From: Phoronis australis
Taxonomy: Eukaryota > Animalia > Phoronida
Length of the DNA stretch: 64,000 nucleotides
Assembly (NCBI GenBank): GCA_002633005.1
Contig: NMRA01000227.1
Span: 444,219-508,218 of the forward strand
Direction: 5' to 3'
The stretch's first letter is position 1, and each line of letters opens with the position of its first letter. The notes beneath the pieces were generated by a model that worked only from the letters and a program-made list of their open reading frames with translations, was not told the origin of the DNA and did no database searches. The position numbers and the translations under genes were made by a program. Positions 26,451 to 40,072 of the stretch are shown here, in pieces.

Positions 26451-28464
26451 AACACTCCCTATCGGTCTTTGTGCAAATTTCATCCCATGTATTTTAAACA
26501 GGCGATAGGCCAAATCCACTCATACCTCGTTCACTCTCACAATTATCACTTAAAATTGCTTACTTTCTTCAGCGATCCTTTCTAGTTCTGTACATATCTT
26601 TGAAGCATGTCTATGGGAATTAAGATGAGTTTGGCGAAGAGCTTCAACTCAATGCTCTTTTTTGGTCATTGTCAACTTCACCATGCATGATAACCATGAG
26701 TTAAGCAAGGACAAGCGCAAGACTGAGTGAAGCGTGTGTCCTGGCACATGAAACTTGCAAAAAGTAGCACGGAAAGCTATCCAATAGAATTCCTAAGATT
26801 TGTGTCCGTTGAACTTTTTGTTCGTCAACAAACATGTTTCTACATAACTTCTTCAAAATGGCCGCCAGTAATGGAAGCAACATAGAACCACAACAGATCT
26901 CATGGATATGTTCAACTTATTTTTACTGGTATGTGTAAATTACAGCTCAGTGTGTATATATGCATGTTTCATTCCATGCTATTGACTTCATTTTCTGGTG
27001 AGATACTCTTTATGGGGGTGTACTATCGCCTATGTATGGGTATGGTGTACACGGCAGTGTAAATGAATACTCGATAAGCCAACCAATTTACCCATGATTT
27101 TTAATCATATAAGAAACGTAAACGTTGGACACTAAAATTTTCTCGAATTCAAATAAAATCTGCATGCACCACTCTCAGACTAGCATTGCCTAAACCCTTG
27201 AAGCCTCATCTTCCCTTGGTCCTATTAAATTGTCCTATGAGTGGTGAATTGGGACACAATTTCCAAAACAAACACAAAACTCTAAATTCAAGGTTATATA
27301 GTTGACATGACGTATTTCAGTTGTGCTTTAACTTGCACGCTTGGTGAAAATAAAACTAAACTTCAAATCTGAGCTAGCTAAGTCCAAGGTAAAGAATAGA
27401 AATTTGTCACCAATTTGAAATAATAGTAACATTAAACTTGCACTGAGTGTAATTTACTTCTTCTTAAGGCTCATTTAATATACAACTTAATTGTAAAAAT
27501 TGGGGTATATTATGTTTGATTCTAACATTGTGTGCTACTCTTGGTTGAAGCACAATGAACAGCTTTTGATGGACATTTCATCGTGGAAAATCACCAATCG
27601 GCAACAGTTAGATTTCCCAGTAAGCCTGCATTAGTAGTCACCAACCCGTGACTCTTCGGTTGTGAACAACATTGCTTACAAAACTAGAGTTTAAATATGT
27701 TGAAATTGACACTATATTGTGTGGAGGGCACTCAAATAACGTTCGTGGGCACATCTGTAGTTCACTAGAGACGGTAGTCACTGTCTAGTAGTACATATGG
27801 TAATGACCATAACTTTCTAGGTTACTCAGGTTTAATCATAATTTGCCAAAACAACGTATAGGCCTGATAAAGCATTGCTGTTCGCCTACTACGTATCTAA
27901 CAACACCTGTCTGCTCCATAGTTCCTAGCTACGTCTCAAGTGGCTGTAAATAAAGGCAACAATATTTCCCATCCCTTTCTGTACTAATTTCGTCCTGTGT
28001 ATTTTAAACAGGCAGTAGGTGAAATCCGCTTACTAATTAAGATCTTTCACCTCGTTAAAAATACATTCTACACTTAAAGTATCACTTAAAAAAGTGTTTA
28101 ATTTCTTCAGTGATCCTTTCTGCTCCTATACATGAGGCATAGCTACGAGAATTAAGCCAGGTGACTTTGGCGAAGAATTCCAACTCCACTTTTTCACTGC
28201 ACGCGCAATAACCACAAAGTATTTCAACGGATTCACGTGAGTTAGGCAAAGGCTACCATGAGACTGAGCAAAGCCTGGCACGTGACATAAGATACCATGG
28301 GAAGATCATCAGCTGAAATTTGTACTAGTCTTGTGTCCCTTGGTCTTTTTGTTCATCATCAGGTGTGACTTTACGTAACCTCAAAATGGCACACGGAGAG
28401 AGAAACTCGAGCAAACCACGATAAATTTTCATGGATACATTGACTATGTATCCAGTCATCATGG

Positions 28465-28580
28465 TGTCGTAATAGCCGAGTTTGCCCGACCTCGGGAATC
28501 GAACCAGTGACCCTGATTTAACGGGCGAGCGTGCTAACCATTCAGCTAATAGGCAATTGCCCGTTAGCGAGTGGCTAACA
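28465..28580 (-). repeat. tRNA(Asn)-derived SINE-like sequence
   Basis: A box TAGCTGAATGG, GGTTAGCACGCTCGCCCGTTAA and B box GGTTCGATTCC; the stems do not pair as a functional tRNA. Confidence 0.6.
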
Positions 28581-28875
28581 GAGACTCATACTCTGGAGTT
28601 CCGAATAGTAGTAGAGACAGCAATAATAGTATAGACTGGAAAATTTCACGATTTTTAATAATAGTAGAGACTCTAATAATAGTATAAACCCAACATTTTT
28701 GCCACTAGAAAAGTAGAATAATAGTATAGACCGGAAATTGTCGAAAAAAATTAATAATATTATAGAATGGAATAATGGTATAGACGGCAAATTTGTGGAA
28801 ATTTAAACATAGTATAGACTGGAATAATAATATTGGTTAAAAATTTAGGTAAAATCTAATAATGATATAGAAGAG

Positions 28876-29953
28876 AACAAGAGCAACGCAGAGCGTTGAA
28901 ATGCGCCCACAATTGCACCGCATACGGTATCCTTCTAGTGTTGTTTATTGGTACCATAAAGTGGCCAGTAGAGGGCATATATGTAGTATGTTGTACTTAG
29001 CAAAATGGAAAGGCATGGTAATTGTCTCCTCAATAGGCTAGGGGCAAAATGTGAGTAATCTTCATAATACAAGCACATCCTATACACCAGTTGCTTAAAG
29101 CACCACAGAAACACAGAATTAAAAACAAATTTGCCAACATACGAGATTAGCACAGCAATAGAATGCCAGAAACAAATTTCTACTTGGAACTTTTCCTTCA
29201 TAGTCACGAAGTAACACAAAGTATACACCTGAAGACCTATGAAAATACAGAGGTCAATGTAAAATACTAAAATTGCCACTAGAGGCAAATACTAAAATTG
29301 ACACTAGAGGCATACCGGTAGTCAGAATCATGCTAAAGTCGTCATCGTCCGTTGTCAACATCACATAGATACACTTGCTAAATTTAGTAAAGATCCTGCA
29401 AACGGTTTGGGAGATACAGACATGGGAGCAAAAAAAAAAACTGACACTAGGAGGCGCCACAGTGGTCCAAATCGTCTGAAAATCATTGTCAGCTGTCTTC
29501 CTTATAGTAAGCACATACACGGCAATTTTCACAATCATCCTTTGAGCGGTTTGGTTGATAGAGGGGTGGACGCAAAAATACAGACTCGAAAACAGTAAAA
29601 ATGGCCACTACATGGCGCAAACTATGTCAAATCCATCTGAAAACGGGAGGATAGCGTCATCTCACTAATAGGTGCATACATACCAAATTTCATGAAAATC
29701 CTTTCAGGACTTTTGAAGATACAAAGGTAAAAAACTAAAATTGCCACTAGGGGGCACACCGGTAGTCGGATCCGTCCGAAAGTTCGCACATGCCGTCCCA
29801 TTCATGAATGGAACATATGCGCCAAATTTCATGAACGTATGTCAAAGGATTTTGGAGATAGAGCAGCGGACGCCAGACGCCGCCCGGACGGACGGACGGA
29901 CGGACAGAGATGACGGCATAATGCGTCCACATATAAATATGTGGGCGCATAAT
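28876..29953 (+). mobile_element. HINE/DINE-1-like element, family A copy 2
   Basis: Same 5' end as copy 1; (GGAC)n microsatellite at ~29886-29906; 3' hairpin ATGCGTCCACATAT...ATATGTGGGCGCAT; inserted in an AATAAT/TATAGAC low-complexity tract. Confidence 0.82.
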
Positions 29954-30399
29954 AATAATGCAAAACAGCAAATTCTAAGGAATAATGGTATAGACGGGGA
30001 ATTTGTGGAAAATTAAAAATAATATAGACTGGAATAATAACATTGATTACAAATTTGCGTTAAATTTAGTAACGGTAGATGGAAATAATAGTAAGTGCAA
30101 AATCTAATAATGATGTAGATGGGATTGGAATAATAATGCAAAGAAGCATATTCTGTCTGACTTACCACAGCTATAAGTAATTGTTTCAAAGAAAAACTTT
30201 TAAATTGAACATTAGCAAATTTATTACTTATTATTTATTATTATAAATTATTGCAGTTGTGTATCCACAAATGCCATAACATAATGAAGTGGAATAAAGT
30301 GTCATTGCTAAAACAAAGACCATTCGTTTATTCAATAACTTTAAATGGAAGTCTATATAGATGTGTTTCAAAGAGTATGCGTTATCATTTTACTCAAAA

Positions 30400-31250
30400 A
30401 AGAATGTGACATTCATACTAGAGATGCCAATGTCGACTAAGTTCAAAAATTATAACAAGGAGGTAAAGATTTCAGCAGCAACGTCTAGTCTTCCACGAAG
30501 CCGACAATCTGAATAAAGACAATAAAGTGTCTTGGTAAAATGAGTCGCATTTTTATCATACATATTCCTGACAGTCGAGCCTTTGTTTCTCTCAATCTCA
30601 TGTCTTGCACAACGTTCATAGTCAATACCCTCGGAATGTTAGTCAGAATTCGACGTCAAAAAGTCGGTACATCCAAAACTTTAAACGGCCAGAAATTGAG
30701 ATTTCTTGCTGAATTGCAAAACATTCGAGTCCACGACCACAACTACGTCCACCATCTTGAATGTCTAATTAGGTATAATAAACAAACCGATTCACGTGCA
30801 CTTTTCCATTTATTTGGACGGGAGAGCAAGTAGAAATGAATTTCAATAGATATCGAATGGATTGTCGAACGTTAGCAACTATGTCATTTTCAAGATTGTC
30901 ACAGGTCCATTCTTCCTGTTCATAAAAACAATCTATTCTCAAGTTTGGAGCGAATTGTAAAAATGCTGATGTCCGATGTTGTCTGCAACTTGTTGGTACT
31001 TTGTTGATTCTAGGAACCTGGTTCCTAGGTTGATTGAAAGGTTCAGCACTGTTCATTAAGTGCACGGGTATTTGCGCTTCGTCGACTTGCCGCGTTATGA
31101 CCACGGTCCGTATCTGTAGCTGTATTATTTGTCGTAACAGCATCTGAATCAATGTCTGTATCTGGAACATCTCTAGGTTTGTAAAATAATCCTCGAATTC
31201 TTTAGGCCTTTGCGTGGCAGACGACATGATAAGTATGTAGAATGCGCATG
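30400..31250 (-). pseudogene. Possible piggyBac-like transposase remnant
   Basis: Acidic N-terminal stretch (PDTDIDSD) and FLNLVDIGIS near 30430. Very degenerate; no TIRs found. Confidence 0.3.
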
Positions 31251-34200
31251 TCAATAATGACGAAAACCGCAGGTGACACTGGCTGTGCAAAATCCCGGAA
31301 CTACTCCCCCGGAAACCCAAACTTCGGGGACAGACACAGTGAGGACTTGGTACGGCTTGCCAGTTTTTCACAGGGTGCAATCATAAATAATGGATCACCC
31401 AAAGAAACTCATCAAAAGCATTTTTATTCATATGTACGTTGAGCTGCCGGTAACACCGGTCTGTGTCAAGGGGCGTGCAGAATATTGAAAAATGCACTTT
31501 TTGTGCATTAAATTCATCATTTCTGAATTGCTGATGGCCTATTTCTTTGAGCGACTGCCGACCAGCCGTTAATATTAAGAGAAGTGGTAATCATTTCAAG
31601 CTTTTTAAATTTTGCCAACACTTTCTTAAGTCTGACCGATCCCGTCGAACCCGTCCAAAATAACATTCTGGCCGTTCAACAGAAGGCAGCTGCGTAAACA
31701 GTTGCTTGGGAGTCCGATTATTTTACGCTTTGAAATGTACAGTTGTATATTTTAGTGAATAAAGTCTTTTAATGTGTATGACATGTGACTTCCGTGTGTA
31801 ACGCGGAGTCGTATATAGCTTTTCTAAATCATGAAATCTGAACCGAGTGTCTCGTGGTCAAGAGGTTTAGAGCAAATTAAGAGCGAAATAACCACATCTT
31901 ACGGCCAAGGTACGATACCCGGTGTCTATAGCTAAGTTTTGGAGTAACAAATTTGTAATGAATGAAACAAAAATTGAGAACTTGCTGAAACAAATAATCG
32001 TGGAGAGTGGAAAAAAGTTAGAAAGTTAATAAACGTAGAGACTCGAATAAGCGTCGTATAGACAGGAAAACGAGTCTGAAAAAAATAATCGTACAGATAC
32101 GACTATTCGGAACTCGAGAGTATATGATTCATCGGAAGCACATTTCAAAACATTGGTATGTGTTAATTATAAAGTTCTCCATGTGCATATATGCCTGTTT
32201 AGTTCAATTTTATTTCCTGTGTTTTGAAATGAGTAACTTTTTATGGGAATGTGCTATCGCCCTGAATTGCCTATGTAAAGAGTGCATGTGACAGCTGAGT
32301 TCTGTACGACTGGTACTTTGTAGACGTAGTACACATAGTGTACCTAATTATCGGATGGACCCTAAATATCAGACATTACATAAAATCTTACTTGAAGCAT
32401 AATCTGAGAAATATATGACACAAATTTTTGTTCTGCTGTAATGCATTCAATGTCCGGCACTGTCTCGTTTTTTTCTAGCGTTGCCTCGTTTTGATTTTAC
32501 CGAGAGAGAGCGCAATTTAGACCCCCAAGTCAGCCTAAAATGGACGATCGCATAAATCGGTTATAAAAGTTGAAAACAAAATCTTTTTCCACAATGAAAT
32601 CATCTAATTGAACTAACAATATGTCATTGTTCCAGGTAATTGTTTACAATATGACGACAATGACTTAGATATATGATTTTGGTATCGTTCGATTCCTCAC
32701 ACCGTCATCTTTCCAAAAATATATGAATTGATCCCCTACCGCGTTTCCTCCATATTTTATCGTCGAATTTCAGTTGCCACTATTTCCCGGTGGACACCGC
32801 CATGTTAGCTCAACTCGAGATTACAGCGACACCTACTATTAATGAATGAAACAGCATCATTGATTCTGAATGGTGTTTGCCTGCGCGAGATTCCCGCTAA
32901 AGTTTTCCTAACATAATATTGATGAACAAGTAGAAGCATTTTACCTTTTCCATTTTTTAGAATTGTGACCATTTGACCATTTTTCCACGAAATTATCTGA
33001 AGTGATACTCTTTTCACAAATTTGGACCTCAAAAACAACCTCCGCTGTTTTGGCGGATTCTTGCTAGCAGATGCGTATATCAGGGTCACCATAGGATCGA
33101 AGTCGAATCTTTGGTTCCGTAACTCGGGCAGGGGACTGATGGGTCTCGGTCAATTTGAACATATGAAAAGCGACGATCTGCAAGTCGGTAGATTAGTTCA
33201 GTTTTTGACCGACAGGTGACTCCTTCCATTCAACATGGCGGTATTACTACCGCGTACCAGGAAATAGTGCTAGAAGAAATTTCACTATAAAATACTAAGG
33301 GAACGGGGTAGGAGAAATTTTTGTGTATATTTGGAAAGATAACATTGCGAGGAATCGAACAATACCAAAATCATTTGTCTAAGTCATTGTCGTCATATTG
33401 TAAACAATTACCCTGTTCCATTTCTTCATTTGTTTTTGAACTCAAGTCAAACCCCGGCCGCGCACGTGCGTGTGTCATATCAAGAAGGCAAGAGATACTA
33501 AAAACTTCAATGAGTTTGCAGCGCTTTAGTCGCTGCACTGATTCATTGAAACGACTTGGTGCTGTCATCAGACTTCGTGTTGTGGATAAATTTTGTTGCG
33601 AATGGAGCTGTGTTTTAGCAGCATATGTCAAAACACTCGAGCGGAAATTTGGCTACAAGGTGCCCGCGGCCATTACTTGGTTAGTCAGTTTTCCACCGTG
33701 TGGTGTATGGGGAAACATGGTGTCCGATATTTAGGTTCTCCGAAGGTTTGCTAGTTGTGTTTATTAAAGATCAGTCGGAACATAAATGTTGCTTTCGGTG
33801 ACAAGATATAGTAACACAACAATTCTATAAAGGTAAGCCTTTACTTCAGCAAAGAATTTACAACAATCCGTAGTATTTTCAATTAAATTTAATGCAAAAT
33901 GTGCCAAAACGTCCGATAATTAGGTCACTTGACTGTAATACTTTAAACATGGACAAGATTTTCTTACTCATTTCTACTAATTCCTCTGCTTCATAGTAAA
34001 ACTACTCATTACTTATACACTGACAAGATATTACGAGCTCCTCACGTATTTTTACTCACCTCTCGACTCTCTAAACCTAATTCAGACAGCACGATATTTT
34101 CGTTGACGTCGACCACCTTCGTAATTTCTTCGGATACATTAAAAGCACTTCCGGTTATGCTAGTCATTCATTATTAAATTTCGAATATTCTTTTCATTAC

Positions 34201-35600
34201 CTATTGACTATAATATAATGCATTATCGATTGTTATTCATAGCCAATAGAATTTGAACCTCTGTAAACTTTTCCATGGTCATACATGGGCTTATTATAAA
34301 AGTTAAATAAAAAATATTTGAAAGCGTCATCTGGTGGTCAACTCGAGGGAGTGGTTTTGGGTAGCAACGGGAAAAAAGGTCAGCCAGTGAATTTCACAGA
34401 TGTTCCTAGTGAGCCTAGCCCGGCAGAGCATCATCAACCAGTGACTTGGGTACCCCAATATCGCTATATACACACACACACACGCACGCACACGCACGCA
34501 CAGAGCCATCTCCGTGGTTTCCTCAGGGCTACAGTCGTCGCCGACTACAATGAACCAGAGAAGTCGGAACCCGAGTTTTATCAATTACACACTACAGACA
34601 AATGGCGCTGAAGTTTTAGCGTAACCAGAGTCTATACTTTTTAAAAATTACTCCGTTTGGTTGTTGAGTATGGCGATGACTTTATAAAAGAGGTTTTGTA
34701 GAAAGAAAGCATGAAACTTGATTTAATATAAAACTAACAGGTTTGACTTTTACTATATTAGTCGTAATTTTTACTGAGACATCAAATTCTAAAATACTAG
34801 GGACTTGTGTAGTATAAGGCTACCTGTACCGCTGATCAACAAAAATGTCATTAAAAATATCCGCGCTAACTATATCATAACGCAGAATTGTCGTGAGTGA
34901 GGACTAAGTTGCCTTTGACAGGGACCTCAGAGTCACTCGGGGGTTTCACACTCCCGGCCTAATTTATTCACATTATTTTAAAAACGCTTTGCCCAGTCAC
35001 ACTTTGTGTGTCATAAAAGAGATAAGCACACCTGCAGCTGACGCAGCAAGTAGAACTACTGTCGTTTATCACATTGGTGTAGACTCACAGCCCCCGGCAG
35101 TGGCGGATCTACGTTTTCAGTAAGGGGGGGGGTTTAGGATTCCCGCAAAGGTCGAATCCGAGGCGCGTGTTGCCGAGCGGGGGGGCGGAGGTCGGGAGGG
35201 AGGTAAACCCCCTCCCATGTAAGACAACTTTTTGTTTTTGTAGCCAAACAGTGAAATTTCCATACATCCTGGTACGTTTCTGGCACTTAACATGTCCCTG
35301 GAGTTTTTCTTAGGATAATTAAAAACCCTTCTCGATTTCGTCACATGAACTTGGCTCATAAGTTTCGTGAAACCATATTTGTGCACATCTGGGTATGAGT
35401 CACACCACCAGCAATTTTTTTTTTGTTGGAACATCTGCTTACACACACCTTTTTAGCATACGAAAAAGTGTGGTGTGTATACAGGGGTTTAGACAACTAC
35501 CAAATATTCAAGAGCATAAGGATCACCGACGGGGCGTAAAAACTTGAATATCAGATGATCGCAACAGCCTCAAGCTGTTTAATAACGAAGACCTGGCGTG

Positions 35601-35729
35601 CGTTCAGTAGACGCTAGGACCTAGCCAAAAGCTAGTCAAGGTCACGTGCTCTTATTTAAAATACACGGCAATATCTCGCGTAATCTCGCAAAGTCTTGCT
35701 TTTAAGCTAGGTCCTAGCGTTACTGAACG
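35601..35729. mobile_element. Small MITE
   Basis: Inverted repeats CGTTCAGTAGACGCTAGGACCTAGC / GCTAGGTCCTAGCGTTACTGAACG; a related end lies at ~61066. Confidence 0.65.
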
Positions 35730-36499
35730 GGAGGCTGTACTGTTAGTTCAGAAATAAACATGTTTTCTGTCTCGTTACGAGAAAAACTGGCGAACGATGG
35801 TGCTCTCAGCTCATAGTCTATTATTAAAAGTGACAATAAACAATTAAGTATCACTTTATTAAGCTGAATCCCGTTGACAACAATTGAAAAACATCAAATG
35901 TATCAGGAAACAAATCATCTGAAAACAGTTTCACGAAACCAAAACATTCTGTACACCGTTGTCAAAAGATATACAGGAGCAGTTCGCAGTGAGACCAGAT
36001 GTACACTGAGAGTACACAAAAACTCTAGCCTGGTCCGTCACGAGACCAAAAGTATACCTGTGCTTATTATCCCTATAAAAACTTCGGGGTTGCAAAATCC
36101 ATGCCCGCACAAAGCACGCGAGGGCCTTTACGGAGAGGTGAGCTCGTAAACACAGAAACAAAGCAGTGATTGTTTGCATTTCACAAGTTCATCAATAACC
36201 CGAACTCTTCGGATTTTCGTATTTGAATATATATAGTTTTAACTTAAAAGTTCCGTGACAAGGAAAATCAAGATAGTCGATCTGTCGCGGGACAAAACAG
36301 TACTGGATGAGATAAATGGTTTTATAAAGCACACTTTGGTAAAAAATCATCACAAGACTAGTTCGCCGAGGGACCAGAAGTACACTGAAACTCGATATCT
36401 ACACAAATCAAGCTGGCCTGGTCCGTCGCGAGACCTAAAGCGTACTTTTCAAAAAAAATTGAATTGAAAACTTCTCTCTAGACACATTTTAATTCCCAG

Positions 36500-37180
36500 T
36501 GGTTGCTCATACGTGTAGTTTACACATCTGGTGGTCAACTGCTGCGAAAGGTTGTCTAGGAAGGGTTTTCGCATCGTTCTGTAGTACTCACTGGAAGAAA
36601 CAAGTATTGAGTACAGATTTAGCTACGTGAAATAGATTTTGGATATGAAGTAGATAGACTCAAGTAGAAATACAAACCAGAATCAGTTTCTGTGCGCTCG
36701 TAGACCCTCTGCTGTACTGGGTAAATTTGGCATGACCAAAAATAATTTCTATTTCGTTTTCATTGTACACAACCATAAAAAACCGACATTATTTCAAATT
36801 GTGTAATTATAACTTATTACCTGAGTGTTTCTCCAGGAACGTTGGTACTATCTTTCTGTTGTCTAGGCTGTCGAGGAATCTGTACATCGGATCCAATGGT
36901 TTGCTCCTCTTGGAACCATTCTACCCAGACATCTTCGACGTTTGTTCCCAACACTTGCACTTCGTCAACTGCTGTGTCAATGAACTTGTAAACCTCTACA
37001 ATGTCAGCATCTCGTTTCGCAGCTCAGTTGGCACTAAGCCCCCTGAGGTTGCCAAGTCCATTCGTAAGACTTACAGCATGCGCAACTAAATTTGATCCGT
37101 TCATCATGAACTACTTCACGCCTTGACGATGTATCCCACGACCCATTTGCATCTCTTGCAATTTTCGAAATAAACGTCCC
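36500..37180 (-). pseudogene. hAT transposase remnant (PRKRIR/THAP12-like) with an intron
   Basis: WDTSSRRE...LRGLSA...DIVEVYKFIDTAVDEVQ...WFQE...IPRQPRQQKDSTNVPGETL|SEYYRTMRKPFLDNLSQQLTTR. The GT-AG intron 36591-36820 splices in frame. Confidence 0.8.
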
Positions 37181-38701
37181 AATGTCTGAACGCTTGAAAC
37201 CCGAAGTACTAACATCAAATAAATGCCCGTGGGCATGGGCGTTTCGTCGGGTGGGCCTTTATGCGGAAATTCCCAGTATAGAAAACGGCAGTGGTGCTTA
37301 TTGCAGGTAGAAAGACGGTAGGTGTTGAGGTCGGCACTAGATATCCTTAGGAGGCCTATTGAAGATCGCACGAGTCCTGCAAGACTTTACTGTGAAAATA
37401 CAGCCTCCCGCAATTTCTGGTACTGTACACTGTTAGCAAATGCGGTCACTTTGTCAATGTGAGTGCCCCTTTGGTCATTCCAGCTCTATAGGCATAACTT
37501 GTTAGAGTGCATCTTTAAACAGACTGGCGACCATACCACGGCGCCTGCCACAATAGCAATTCTTCGGAAAACGAGTTTTTTTTTTTCAAAAGTATTACAT
37601 GTACATGTACACTGCATGATATTGCGCAAGACAACGTTTCTATACACCAGTCAAATTCGAGTTACAAGCGTGTGGAGTGTAATAGGATGGCACGGCATGA
37701 CAGATGAGGTAAAAACGTTGCACGTCAATTCGCCTGAATATCAGGGTTGCGGCACCACAGTATTTCCCCTAATCAAATCAAAACATATCTTAGAGTAAAG
37801 AAACTAGTTACCTAAAGAAATCAGCTATAGAGCTGCTCTTTTAGCGGTTGATCCATCTAAAATGCTTGGCTACTTCAGAAGTGTCGACGAAAGCGCGATC
37901 TCCGGGGTTTCGCCGATGAGCCACGAAAACTCGAAATGCGTTGATTTTCGTGACAGCAATTCACAATGCAAAAAAAATACATTTTCAGAGTGCATCCCCC
38001 CACTCATTTTTTCCAAGTTGGTTTACTTGGGGTTTACACACGCTGACGGTGTCGTCTTTGTTTTGCTGGAGACGTTTTTTTTTTAATTTTTGGGTCCTGG
38101 CCAGAGGGGGGGGTTTAAACCCCCTGAACCCCCCCCCCGTAGATCTGCCACTGCACAGTTGAACTTTGGTTCGACCCCAGGCCGTCCGGAGTTGCACCAT
38201 ACACCAACTCCGGACGGTCTCTCACGGCAATTTAGCGTTATGTGGAAAATCCCCGACACGTTTTTTTTTAGCATTTTATCAAAGTTTCAAAAAAATGCTG
38301 GTGAAAGAACTTCTTCCCTGTCAATGTACCTTTCAAAAAACAAAATTTCTGCCAAAAACCCATGCTCACGTGGCCACGAGAATGGTACAGTAATGTGAAT
38401 GGCATGTTTAAATTTGTCTCTGATCCCAGTTTCACAAAATATACACTGTATTCATGAATTGACAATAGCTAGTTACAGTTATTTCCAGAAAAAATTATCA
38501 CGGGATCACATAACCCTAATGACGTTCAGTACAAACCTTGTAAGAGTCGTGTGATGCACAAGATGAAACGTTTTGTACATTATAAGCATTGCTTCTATGC
38601 ATGTACATGTATCTCTCATATTTGTACATTATATGCATTGTAAGCATTGTTTCTATGTATCCTCCATTTGGGCATTATAAGCGTTGTTTCTATGCATGTA
38701 G

Positions 38702-39668
38702 CAGTGGCGGATCTAGGATATCACAAGGGGAGGCCCAACATTTTGTCCGGCGGTAAGAATTTGCGCAAATCATAATTGTAGATGCGCATAGCACCGAATG
38801 GGAGGAGGTCGAGAGGGGGGTTTGCCCCCTTCCGCCCAGGAAATTTTTCTGTTTTTTCCTCTAAAAATCAAGCATTTTCGTTGATTCCTGAAGTATTATC
38901 CAAGAAAAAAGGCAAAAAAGGAGAACATGTCAAACAGGAAAAACTACAAGTACCACAGAGTCGAACTCAAGACCTGAGAGAGAGCGCGAGCGTGCTTTAC
39001 CACTACTACACCACCACGATTTAACTAGTAGTTTTATACCAAGGGACCTACTTGTTAATGGTCCACAGCGTTTGCGCGCGAAACCTAATTCTTTTTGTAA
39101 TGCTTATTACACATTTAATATATTTTGTGCAATCGGTTCTTAACAAATTTGGTGTATTTAAAATAGTCTTCAAATGCCCAAAAGACCAAATCCGTTTTTC
39201 GTGTTGGCAATAATGACGGGGTTGCTTTCGAAATTGTCTTAAGTTAAGGTTTGACAAAGAGAGAATTATGAGTTTCTGAGCGATTCACTCAGGCTTCGAT
39301 TAAAATTCACATCCTACCAGCAGCATCTGTTTTTTCATCGTCACTCAGGTTCCATTTTCTTTAAAAAATGAAATAAATTTTCTTCATTGCACAGTGGAGC
39401 AGACGACGGAAACGGAATCGTAGTGTGCAGCGCCACTGCCGGTCGCCTGGGATATCACGGGAGAGCCTATACTTAGCCATATTTCCGTTACGAATGCGCC
39501 GGGTTCCGAATTTGACACTTTAAATTGGGTCTGAGCCCCGCCCCCCNACTAAAAACTGCACACATTTAAATCTTGTTTTATCCGTAGAATTTTAATTACC
39601 GGGGTTAATTAATAAACTCGGCATTTCCCTACGCTCGGCTGTTCGCCCCCCCCCTAAATCCGCCTATG
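38702..39668. mobile_element. hAT-like MITE
   Basis: CAGTGGCGGAT...ATCCGCCTATG with flanks atgtag/ttgtag; the left ~250 bp match 62015-62256 inverted; N at 39547. Confidence 0.65.
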
Positions 39669-39750
39669 TTGTAGATCAGAATCTCCTATTTGTACTTTAT
39701 AAGCATCGTTTCGCAGCGTGTACACGTATCCTCTGTCTGAACATTATAAT

Positions 39751-40040
39751 CATGCGCGCACCCAGCCTAAAAAATGGAATCATGCGCGCACCCAGCCTAA
39801 AAAAATGGGGGACTCGAATTTCTGAAAACGTGGACCTTTTATTAAGATTCACGGGGTACGTTAAGAGCTATGAATAGTGCATTCGCCGAATTTTGGCAGT
39901 TCTTGCCTTTTTAGTGGACTTTTTTTTCTCGATTTCTACTTTCTTCGAAGTTTTTGTTCTCTAAGGCGGACCTTTTTGCCAACTTCGCCAAATGAGGGGG
40001 GCGGGCTCAAACAACTCCCCCGAAACCGGGTGTGCGCATG
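39751..40040. mobile_element. MITE with 5-bp TSD
   Basis: ATAAT|CATGCGCGCACCC ... GGGTGTGCGCATG|ATAAT. Confidence 0.75.
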
Positions 40041-40072
40041 ATAATCATTGTTTCCATGCATGTACACCTATT

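Larger units (their letters stand above)
35098..38153. mobile_element. Probable hAT-type element enclosing the transposase remnant
   Basis: TIRs CAGTGGCGGATCTACG at 35098 and CGTAGATCTGCCACTG ending 38153. No clean TSD, so the ends could belong to two separate MITEs. Confidence 0.5.

Noticed and set aside
28480-28555. Functional tRNA-Asn gene
   Set aside because: The acceptor, anticodon and T stems do not pair; treated as a tRNA-derived repeat.
37862-38465. Cluster of short ORFs
   Set aside because: They arise from GC-rich MITE ends; no coding signature.
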